Part shown: positions 43,523 to 53,260 of the stretch, in pieces
Layout: the number at the start of each line of letters is the position of its first letter
Numbering within the stretch: position 1 is the stretch's first letter
DNA from: Nitrosopumilus sp.
GTDB lineage: Archaea; Thermoproteota; Nitrososphaeria; Nitrososphaerales; Nitrosopumilaceae
Direction: 5' to 3'
Assembly: GCA_965238275.1 (NCBI GenBank)
Contig: OZ250186.1
Coordinates: 1,024,001-1,088,000, forward strand
DNA: 64,000 nucleotides
Notes under the pieces: generated by a model
What the model saw: the letters and a program-made list of their open reading frames with translations, nothing else
The model's database searches: none
Told to the model about the DNA's origin: nothing
Made by a program: the position numbers and the translations under genes

Positions 43523-45290
43523 GTAATTGTTTCGCTTTTTGAAGTGCCCGAATGACCTAGCGGTCATCCATGGCGCTGGGAAGAAATCTAATAATTTCGT
43601 GCTCGGGACGACAAAGTTAGATCATCATGATCCAAGTATGAGTGGGTGTTAGTCCCTTCGATTACCACAATGAAGGAACCAACACACCAAACATGCTTGG
43701 AGGCGGAGGAATTTAAGGCAATGCACGAACCCTCCTCCTCCTCCTCGCCCCAAATCTCGCCAGACGCCGGGGCGTGCATGGAACCCGGATGCAGGTGCTG
43801 CCGGCACTGGGCCAAGATGTTCGGCTCCATGATCGTCCATACTCGCAAGATCCTGGAGACAGTCTGCGAGATTGCAGGCGAGTCAGACGCAGGCCGGAAG
43901 GAGATCGGGGGCCTGCAGGCGCTCGCCTCATCCCTCACGGAGGACAACAAGAGGTACGCCAAGGCAAACAGGGAGCTCAACGTCAAGGCAAACAAGATCA
44001 GCGTACCTGCGGCCAAGAAAAAGGCCGGCCCGAGAAAGGCCGGCAGGCCCAAGGGGCAGAAGCCCACCGTCAACTGCAGGCCAGAACGCGTGGACCGCGT
44101 GGAGGAGATCGACTGCAAAGAGTGCCCCGACTGTGGCGGCGGACTCTCGGGGGCGGTGACTGCCGAGTACGACCGCATGGTCACAGTCATGCGCGTCATC
44201 TCAGAGAACGTCAGGTATGTCATCAAGCGGCGCTGGTGCCGCGGGTGCAAAAAACAGGTCTCCGGGAGGGTCCCGGGCGCGGCAAAACACGCGCGCCGTT
44301 CGTCAAACTTTGATGCTGCCATGACGTCCCTGAACATGGGCGGCATGTCGCATGCCAGGGCCGCAGAATTTGGCAGTGACGCGTTAAAGCATGAAATCTC
44401 GCGCTCGTCTGCCTACCGCGGCAAGATCGAGCAGGCCGGGCGCATGGCACCGGAGCGTGATTCCGTGAAAGAACGCGTGCTGGAGGCGCCGCACCTGAAC
44501 GCAGACGAGTTCCACTTGCCGCTGGCCGGCAAGCGCGGCTACGGGATAGTGGCCCTGGCAAAAAACCACTGCCTCGTGAAGGTGGCCGGCTCGCGAAACA
44601 TCAAGACGCTCTGCCAAACGCTCCCGGACTACCGGGGAACCATAACGCAGGACTCGTATCCCGGGTGGCTCCACGTGGGATCGTGCCGCCAGATGTGCGT
44701 GTGGCACCAAGAGCGCCTGGTGCAAAAGGATCTCCTGACCAACCCCGGGGGCGACGTCCCGGCGTTCCTGGGCAGGCTGTCGGCAATCCACAAGAAGATC
44801 TATCGCGCCTCCAGAATCAGGGACGGTCACTCAAGGATCGTCGCGGCCCGCTGCATAGACTCCGAGCTGCGCGAGCTGATGAGCGAACAGTTTACAGACG
44901 ACAGACACGGCATCATCACCCGGCACAAGAAGAGGAACCCCCGGGAGGGATACTTTATGACCACCTGCCTGCACGTGGACGGCGTCAATCCCGACAACAA
45001 CTCAGTCGAGAGGGTCAACCGGAGGTTCGTGGCCATAAGGAGTGACGGGGGCGGAAACCGCTCCCAGAAGGGCATGGATGCCAACTCGATCCTGTTCACG
45101 CTGCTGGCAACGGACAGGATCAACGGGAACAGCTTCTTTGATCACCTGATTCGCTCGTCCTCCGGATACGGGTGACGCGCAATCCTACGACGCGCGCAGC
45201 GCATCACGGGGGGAAAAATTCCACGGTAAAAGGGGAAGACTGCACGCGCTCCACTGTCAGGCAGGTCACTTCAAAAAGCGAAACAATTAC
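43523..45290 (+). mobile_element. Intact IS66-family element
   Basis: Perfect 24-bp TIR GTAATTGTTTCGCTTTTTGAAGTG; TSD CATAGTTA at 43515-43522 and 45291-45298. Confidence 0.95.
43646..45175 (+). CDS. IS66-like DDE transposase
   Basis: Zn finger, ADEFH, QDSY, DNNSVERVNR. Confidence 0.9.
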   Translation: MLVPSITTMKEPTHQTCLEAEEFKAMHEPSSSSSPQISPDAGACMEPGCRCCRHWAKMFGSMIVHTRKILETVCEIAGESDAGRKEIGGLQALASSLTEDNKRYAKANRELNVKANKISVPAAKKKAGPRKAGRPKGQKPTVNCRPERVDRVEEIDCKECPDCGGGLSGAVTAEYDRMVTVMRVISENVRYVIKRRWCRGCKKQVSGRVPGAAKHARRSSNFDAAMTSLNMGGMSHARAAEFGSDALKHEISRSSAYRGKIEQAGRMAPERDSVKERVLEAPHLNADEFHLPLAGKRGYGIVALAKNHCLVKVAGSRNIKTLCQTLPDYRGTITQDSYPGWLHVGSCRQMCVWHQERLVQKDLLTNPGGDVPAFLGRLSAIHKKIYRASRIRDGHSRIVAARCIDSELRELMSEQFTDDRHGIITRHKKRNPREGYFMTTCLHVDGVNPDNNSVERVNRRFVAIRSDGGGNRSQKGMDANSILFTLLATDRINGNSFFDHLIRSSSGYG

Positions 45291-45323
45291 CATAGTTATA
45301 TGTTCTACCGTCGTCACTAACGC

Positions 45324-45842
45324 GTGAGAACTCTTCCGGATCATGTGAGGCCTGGTTTGACTGCCGTATTTGTGGGAACCAATCCGGGTTTGCGATCGGC
45401 ACGGATTGGTCACTACTTTGCTGGAAGAAACAATATGTTCTGGAAGCTTTTATACGAGGCCGGATTTACCAGAAAGCGTCTTTCCACAGAATCTGACTCT
45501 ACTATGCTTGACTATGGATACGGTCTTACTGACGTGGTGAAAAAACCGACACGTTCCACCACGAACCTAAAGGGTAGAGACGGCGACGGCGCCAAGGCGC
45601 GTCTGGATGCAATAATCTGCAAAAACGAGCCAAAAGCCGTGGTGTTTGTCGGCAAGACCGGCTTCCGGTTTTATACTAGCAACAAGGATCCGCTACACTA
45701 CGGCGCACAGAACCTAAAGATCGAAAACTCAGATGTGTTTCTAATGCCGTCTACTAGCGGAGCCAGTTTTGCAGACACCAAATATGACGAAAAGCTTTAC
45801 TGGTACTGCAAGCTACGGCGCTCCATTGACAATTATGCTTAG
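45324..45842 (+). CDS. mug: Mismatch-specific uracil/thymine DNA glycosylase (MUG/TDG, UDG family 2)
   Basis: FVGTNPG, GHYFAG.NN.FWKLL, GLTD, MPSTSG. Confidence 0.92.
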   Translation: MRTLPDHVRPGLTAVFVGTNPGLRSARIGHYFAGRNNMFWKLLYEAGFTRKRLSTESDSTMLDYGYGLTDVVKKPTRSTTNLKGRDGDGAKARLDAIICKNEPKAVVFVGKTGFRFYTSNKDPLHYGAQNLKIENSDVFLMPSTSGASFADTKYDEKLYWYCKLRRSIDNYA

Positions 45843-46121
45843 TCGCGGCCATAGCAATTTGAACACCTGCCAGCCATTAATCCAGAAAATCCCATCGATG
45901 AGTCCTCAGAATGGTCTCAAAAATGATTTACAAGAACACGTTATTTCCTGACATTGCAGCATAATAGAACACATGTATAATCCACCCATTTTGTTGGTTT
46001 GGGCCATAAAACCGAAAAAATACGGTTTAATGTTGATCATGCCAAGCACACGGCGAACTTATTCATCCCAAAATCCAAAACAACATGCGCAGTCTTGCAG
46101 CACTTCATCGTGCCCTGAATT

Positions 46122-47438
46122 CTACTTGACCGGAGCTTGGGAGCAGGCCCTGTCCCAGTCTACTGACGTCTTCCACTGCCCCGGTGGTGGCGGGCCCTTT
46201 TCCATGCAGTCCCACAAAAGGTTCAGGTTTACCAGCCCTGTGATCACGTTGAACTCCCTGTTGAACCCGGCTGCGTTGCCGTCGTACGGGTCGGTGAGGC
46301 GCGCGTAGCGCTTGAGCCTGCCTATCGTGTGCTCCACCAACACCCGGGTGGAGTTGATCCCGTGGTTGTGCTTTTTTTGCTCCGGCGTCAGCGGCGTGTC
46401 CCTGGTCTTCTTGTGCGGGATCTCCGGCGTGGTGCCGGGCAGGTGGTCTGCGATTCCCTGGTAGCCGCGGTCGACGAATGGGTGGCACCTGTCTGATTCT
46501 GGCAGGTCCGGATCGTGCATCGCCTTCTCCCACTTTCCAAACGGCATGGGGCGTTCCTTGAGCAGCGTGATGTCGCCGACTGACCCGACGGTGCTTTTTG
46601 ATATGCCGATCACCACCCCGTTCCGGTTGGTGTACACGTTGGTATTGTTGGTAAACTTTTTCTTCTTGCCGGAGTATTTCATGCGCCGGACTGACTTTAC
46701 GGACGGGCGCTGTATGGGGCAGTGCGTGCCGTCTATGAAGATCTCGCCCCCATCCGATCCGGGCACGATCTTCTTGAAATCCTCCTTGGTCGGGGCAGCA
46801 GCTACCTCCTCGGATATGTTGTCTGCCGTCGGAAGTATTCCTGTCAGCATCGCATCCATCACCGGAATGTACCGGGACACGGTGGTCTGGTCTATCCCGA
46901 AGAATGCGGCAAGCACGCCTTGGGCGGGGTTGTCCTTTTTGCGGATAAGTGCTAGGAGCAGTGCGTGCCTCAGGTGCAGCTTGCACCGGTTTCCGGGATC
47001 GGAGGCCCGGGATGCGTTATCGCAGAACAGCGGCATCTGGCCCGAATGCGTCAGAAACACCTTGGCCCGCTCCAGCATGTACCGGAACTGTTCCCCGTCT
47101 GCCAGCGTGGCATGGCGGAGCTTGTCCCCGTCGCGTATTATGTCGTCTAGCACCTCTAGCAGGTGCAACGCTGGCCCCTTGCCGGGGTTCCAGCCATCGT
47201 CCCTGCTCTTCCACAGGCCGCGCTCAAGGCCCAGCTCCCTGTCTTTCTGCTCCAGCTTTTTGTCTTTCTGCTTTAGAATATTTTTTAGGGTTTTGTCTTT
47301 CTGTTCCAGCTTTTTGTCTTTCTGTTCCAGCTTTTTGTCTTTCTGTTCCAGCTTTTTGTCTTTCTGCTTTAGAATATTTTTTAGGCTTCTGTTTTCCTGT
47401 TCCAATCTGTGCATGATCTGATCAGGCGAGTCTGGCAT
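46122..47438 (-). mobile_element. IS5-family (ISL2/Harbinger-like DDE) transposase with N-terminal QKDKKLE heptad repeats
   Basis: FGIDQTTVSR, IDGT, YSGKKK, DRGYQG, RVLVEHTIGRLK. Confidence 0.88.
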
Positions 47439-47492
47439 TTGATGTGAGACGCGATCGTGCCTGATCTAAATTTATCGATGTGAACAGGGGGA

Positions 47493-47810
47493 TTACGCAT
47501 ATTTTCTAATCGCGTAAATATCTCCCAATCTCACGCCGCCGTTATCGTTGCCTTTCTGAGCCTTCGCCTTGTAGAAACGCCTGCTATCACCTTCCCCATA
47601 CTGGATCAAATACGTGATGGGATCATCGGGATCGTGTATCTTTTGGTGGCAACTGTAATGCACGTAACAACACTTCTCTGGAAAGTACGTCACGTGGTGT
47701 ACTATCAACCTGTATTCTCTTTCAGGCGGCCCGAAGCACACGATGCACATGTCTTTGGTGTTCATGTATTCCCGCATTTCAACATCATATGCGTAGAAAT
47801 GGTACATAAG
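47493..47810 (-). CDS. Small HNH/His-Me-finger-like protein
   Basis: CIVC...HHVTY...VHYSCHQKIH; start uncertain. Confidence 0.55.
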   Translation of the reverse strand, partial: LMYHFYAYDVEMREYMNTKDMCIVCFGPPEREYRLIVHHVTYFPEKCCYVHYSCHQKIHDPDDPITYLIQYGEGDSRRFYKAKAQKGNDNGGVRLGDIYAIRKYA

Positions 47811-47862
47811 GCGTTCATGTTGCCAGCAACGCCGCTGCAAAGCAGACAAACAACAAGATCCT

Positions 47863-49530
47863 ATGCAGAATGTGCCTGACGTGGCAAATCATAAAATCAT
47901 GTCAGAACTGCGCTAGCCGTGGCCATATTTGAAAATCTCGTCTGCCGTATATTTTACAAATTTGTCTTGCACGTCCATGTGAAAAATCCAGTTTCCAGTA
48001 TTGGAAAATAAGGCACGTTCTGTGGATGTGCGGCATCCGTCCCCGGGGCGGCAGGTTGTTTCATGGGGAATGGTGGGGGAATTTGCACAAATATTGGATG
48101 CCGTGCGCGACATTCCTGCACTGCCTGATGCCACCTGCCTTTCACTCCGTCAGGCGGCTCGTGCCGCCCTGTCTCAGAGGCGCGCCCTTTTTTCGGCCAG
48201 CCTTTTGAGAAGGTCCGCGTCCCTGAGTTTTATTTCGTCCCACATCAGATCCTGGTTTACCATTCCCGCAATCGCGTTGAGCTCGTCGTTGTACTCCTCC
48301 TCGGTGCCGTCGTACGGGTCAGTCAGCCTCTTGTACTGTTTCAGGCTTCCGATAACGTGCTCTATGGCCACGCGGGAGCTGTTTACCCTCTTGTTGTAGG
48401 CGCGCTGCTTCTTTGTCAGGCCGCCGGTCTTTTTGTCGGCTCCACGCTTTTTCTTGTGCGGGTGCCTGATGTGCCATCCGGGATATTCCTCTCTTGTCCC
48501 TTGGTAGCCCTTGTCCATCAGGACGTCAGGCTTTTCTTTTTCGGGCACGTCCTTCTGGCCCATCCTTGCCGTAATGATTCCAAGGTTTGGCGGATCCTCG
48601 TTGAGCAGGGTCTTGTCGTGGACGCTGCCCGGAACGGTCTTGCTTATCGCCACTATCACGCGGCGCTTGTTGATCACGATGTTGGTATTGTACGTGTGCG
48701 CCTTCTTCTTGCCAGAGTACGTCCTTTTGCGTCTCTCCTTGTCCGCGGACCTTCTGACCCGGTTGTGCGTGCCGTCCACCATCAGTTCTCCTCCCCTCCT
48801 GCCGGGTATTATCTTCTTGCTCTCCTCGAGTGTCTTGGCCTTTTGTACAGCCTCGCTGATTTTGCGCGGCGCCGTGCCTGTCTCGCCGAGCAGCCTGGTC
48901 ATCAACGGGAGATACCTGGAGACGGTGGCCTGGTCGACGCCAAACATCGCGGCAAGGGCTTCCTGCGGCATGCTCAGCCTTGTCCGAAACAGCCACAGCA
49001 GGTACGCGTGCCTCAGGGGCAGGATGCGCCTGCTCCCGGAGTTTTTCGATCTGTTCTCGATTTCCCGGAAGAGCGCAGTCTCCCCGTTCCGCTCCAAAAG
49101 ATCCTCGAGGCGGTGCAGCGTGTGGCCAAACTTTTCCGGGGTGCGCAGCGTCATGGCGTGCAGGAATTCAGGATATTTTATGATGTCGTCGAGAAACCTC
49201 GACGTGACGGTCCAGTGATCAGTCAGGCGTTCCTCGAGGGCCTCGCTCTTCTGCCGGTCTGTCCTGCGTGCTTCCCTGAGGGCCCTGATCCTCTGCCGGC
49301 AGGATTCATCCGACTCCCTGAGCGCCTCGTTTTCCTGCCGTAATCTCTGCACCGTTGGATCGACTAGCATTGCCATCACGGTGTGGCGTAAAAATCACCG
49401 ATCTTAACGTTTCGGTTATCCTTCTTGGATTGGCATGCTTTACGATTCTGTGGATATTCGGCCGCATGTGGTGCCGCACGTGGGAATAACCCAATTTAAT
49501 TCAGTTTTTTAAATCAGGCACATTCTGCAT
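47863..49530 (-). mobile_element. IS5-family (ISL2-like) element, transposase 48174-49379
   Basis: 17-bp perfect TIR ATGCAGAATGTGCCTGA; VDGT, DKGYQG, RVAIEH. Confidence 0.9.
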
Positions 49531-49604
49531 GAGATCTAATATAGGTGGTTGTGCATCCTGTCCCTCAGGCGATTCTTAAAAAGTGGAATTTAATACCGGT
49601 TGGG

Positions 49605-50815
49605 GGCGTTGTCCAAATCTTAGTTCTACAGACCCATTTGCTGTTCATTTACACACACTTTATTGGTTATGATTCCGTTAATTTGGAGGGATTTTCTGTG
49701 TCCGAAGCATAGCAGAATACATCGGGTGCCAGAACCGTGCCTGGAAGCATAGCACACGCTAGACACATGGCATGCATTCTTGCACCATGACATCACGACA
49801 GCAGGTTGTAACAGATGCACCTGAGCAATAACTGCAGCCTTTGGGTCGGCAGCGTCTTTGCTTGGACCACTGCGGTGAACCTGCACTTGAACGACGAGAA
49901 CACCGACTCTACTATGCTGCGGCGGTGGTACGTCGTTTCAAACTCTTCGGGGTTCTTTTCCTGCCACCTGATCATCTCTGCCCTCGGGCCGAATCCCTTT
50001 GCGACGTGGTTCTTGCGGGTGCATATGACCGGCTTCCTGCCCGCATCGCGGATCATCTTGTAGTTTTTGACTGCATCATACCCTGTATCAAGCATCACGC
50101 ACCCCGTGCCGTCCGGAACCTTCCCGAACATCTCCCTGAATACGGGAGAGTCGTGCGCGCGTCCCCTGGTGACTGCGCAGGAGACGATCTTTCTTCCCTT
50201 GACATCAGTCACCACATGCAGCTTGACGAATTCGCGTCTGGAGATGAGGCCCCTTTTGGCATCCTCCCAGTCTGCGTACTGGTTGATGGCGACCCCCGTG
50301 GAGTCTCCTAGGAGGGAACCGCGCGCGTAGGATCCTGCCTGCCGTTCTATTGTTTCGTGCAGCCAGTCATAATCTGCGATTATGGCAGATACATGGTGCA
50401 GGCAGGATTTTGATGGAACGGTTTTTAATCCATACATGTGCAACGTTCCCTGATGTGTCTGCAGGTATGAGACATGTTGACGGTATGAATGGCAGCGGAA
50501 CTCCCGGTCTGCAAGGCATACCATGTATGGGATCATACGCACATTGCCAGAAGTGGCAAGCGGGTAGATCTCAAGCAGCAGGGCGGTGAGGGCCTTGATC
50601 CGTAATCTGGTTGTGTGGCCTTCACCCCTTCTCCTTGTCTCGTATTCCTTGTAGTATCCGGCAGGACGTTCCCATTTCTTGGCGTCGGTGCTCTTGCTTT
50701 TGCATCGTTTCTTGCTCTTGCCGTGCTTCGTGTTTGTATCACGTTTTTTGTTCATTAAGCGGCGCGCGATCTTTAAGCTTTTCGTTGATTTTCGGTTCAA
50801 AGTTTGGACAACGCC
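49605..50815 (-). mobile_element. IS5-family (IS903-like) element, transposase 49793-50800
   Basis: TIR GGCGTTGTCCAAA; 9-bp TSD CCGGTTGGG; DSTG, KLH, DTGYD, YHRRSIVES. Confidence 0.93.
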
Positions 50816-51220
50816 CCGGTTGGGTCATCATTTATCAAATCCTGGGACGTGAAATACATTTCTTAGGGTTTTACAAGCACATTCCAAGCACTATGTGAAT
50901 GAGTACAGGTGATCTGCAAATCATCGGTAGGCAGACCCTGTTGAGTGCCTGATACAAAGATACTCCCCCATCCCGAATATAGGTTTTCAATCTGGAGAAG
51001 ATCCGCTTAGGTCGCCGACTTTTCACCATTCGTTGGGTCACCGTGACTTACCAGTTCCTCTCAGGAACATGCTGCTGCTGATCGTATTTGGCTACAAAGA
51101 GCTGCCGGAGCCCCCGCCGCCGGTGCTACCCTGAGATACTTCTGGGAAGACTGAGTGCGCTGACTGGTGGCAGGCTTGGTTACAGGTATGTGTGCCCGTT
51201 CTGCCTTGGCGCAAATACGC

Positions 51221-52744
51221 TTACTTTTGCAAATCAATCATCGCTTTCTTGCACCGTTCCTGGAAGGCGCGCATCCTGTCTCTCTCTGTCAGGGAATCCA
51301 GTAACTGTTCCCGCAGGCGTTCTATCTCCTGCTCGGCATTGTAGAGCCTGACCCGCAGGGTCTGGACGTCGTCACCATCATCATTCCGGTCAAGGGCGTG
51401 TCCTGAATTGGTCAGGACGTTGATCCTGCTTGATGCCTTTGCATACTCCCGGCGCAGCGTATCCGGGTATAGGGCGGGTTTTTCATACGAGTCCTTTGGC
51501 TTGTGCCCGAGGATAAAGTCGGCCACGTACTGCGCGCACCCGCAGTCCATCAGGGTAGTCTTTAGCAGGTCCCGGAGCTCATGCGCCCGTATCTTGTACG
51601 TATTCCTCGACGTTTTTTTCTGCAGCCCGGCGGCGACGGCCAGCTTGCCCATGCTTACTGATACCCACGTGCTCTTGATGGGCCTGCCCAGCTTGTTGAG
51701 GAACAGCGGGCCGTTGGCATCAAAACCCCCGTACTCCCGGACGCGCCAGTCAAGGTAGTTCCGTATTGCGGTAATGGCATCCCTGTCCAGAAATGTGATA
51801 AACTGCACCCCGGTCTTCATCCGCACCAGCTTGATTGGGACGGGGCACCTGCCTGGATCCCATTTGGCGTGGTCTGTTGACCCGAAATGCCTGGATATCT
51901 GGGAATAAGCCTCAAAGTTGAACCTGTCTGCAAGGGTGGACGAGTCCAGCCCGGCCTGGAACTTTACCAGCATGACTGCGTTCAGCATGACAGACGGCCG
52001 TCCCCGTGTCAGCATCTGGCACCATTCATGCAGCGTCAGCCTGCTGTCTTCTTTTGTCTCCTGGGTCTCGTGGCGCTTGGGGTCGTATTTCATTCCCACC
52101 GGGGACTCGTTCTTGGCAAAATACGACATGATGGCGCAAAATATGTTGTTCATGGTGCTTGGGCTCGACCCCCCGTGTATCGGGTCGTTGAGGTACGTCC
52201 TGATGATTCTTATGACTACCTTCCCGGGTATGGTGGAGTTATCAAACATGGTCAGGAGCTGCTCGACGTTTTCGAGCCTGGTCTCGAGGATTCGCTCCTC
52301 CAGCGTCCGGTCACCCGTCTTGACGTTCCGTCTGATAGTAAAGGATTGGCCGGGTAGCCATTGGTTAAATCTGGCAAGGTTATACACGTACAGGGTGCGG
52401 GTGCTGTTGCTGCTTGACGGCATTGATATGTTCCTGTACCGGTTCCCGCGCAGTTGGCTTGTCCAGTATTTCACGCTTTGGAGGTCGTCCAGCCGGGACA
52501 TTTTTTGGGACTTGATTTTTTTGATTATGCCGCGTTTCTGCGCAATGATGGCGGCCCGGTAGTGGTAGTTGACAAACGCAACAGTCGAGCACGACTTGGG
52601 CTTGTTGGGCATGTTCCTCCTGATTATGTCGATTATGACGAAATGCGTTCCGACATCCTTGAACTTGGATACTATGCTCGCAAATCTTTTGGGCACCCCG
52701 ATCAGCTTGTCCGGCGTGGGATCATGGCATACCACGTATTGCAT
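51221..52744 (-). CDS. Tyrosine recombinase/integrase with C-terminal coiled coil
   Basis: R.KTG, HELR, LGH...SY; true start probably downstream (about 52612 or 52501). Confidence 0.85.
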   Translation of the reverse strand: MQYVVCHDPTPDKLIGVPKRFASIVSKFKDVGTHFVIIDIIRRNMPNKPKSCSTVAFVNYHYRAAIIAQKRGIIKKIKSQKMSRLDDLQSVKYWTSQLRGNRYRNISMPSSSNSTRTLYVYNLARFNQWLPGQSFTIRRNVKTGDRTLEERILETRLENVEQLLTMFDNSTIPGKVVIRIIRTYLNDPIHGGSSPSTMNNIFCAIMSYFAKNESPVGMKYDPKRHETQETKEDSRLTLHEWCQMLTRGRPSVMLNAVMLVKFQAGLDSSTLADRFNFEAYSQISRHFGSTDHAKWDPGRCPVPIKLVRMKTGVQFITFLDRDAITAIRNYLDWRVREYGGFDANGPLFLNKLGRPIKSTWVSVSMGKLAVAAGLQKKTSRNTYKIRAHELRDLLKTTLMDCGCAQYVADFILGHKPKDSYEKPALYPDTLRREYAKASSRINVLTNSGHALDRNDDGDDVQTLRVRLYNAEQEIERLREQLLDSLTERDRMRAFQERCKKAMIDLQK

Positions 52745-53260
52745 GCAAACGTGACAAATGCTTTAGTTAAAAATCTTGACAATTTTGCTGCCCCACGGCC
52801 ATCGCGTCCTTCCGGCGGCGGGCCTTGTCTGCACACTCCGGCATGACAAAGTCCGGCCTTGGCAGCCAGAATGCCGCCACGAAATACGCGGCCGCGCAGC
52901 CAAGCCATACCAGCGGAATGATTATCTTTGGATTCATCATGCCCATAATACCATTGGTGTTTCGGCAGTAATAAAGGGATGTGTACTCAGTATAAGTGAA
53001 TATCACATGTACAGTTATTGGCACAGTATGATGTACCCGCTTTCCAACCCAGCGTTGGGCAATCTATGACGGGGTGTTGCGCGGTTCCCGGTGCGGCAGG
53101 AGCCCTGGAATGCTGTTGATGGATGATCCGGCATTTATGGCAAAGTCGATCCTGCCGCCAGGTTCTGCATTATCCACCACTGCGGGTTTGGTAAGTCGCG
53201 TCTTTGGACGAGACTGATGTTTGATGGTCGCATCCACGCCGGACGAACCGCATGAGCCAA

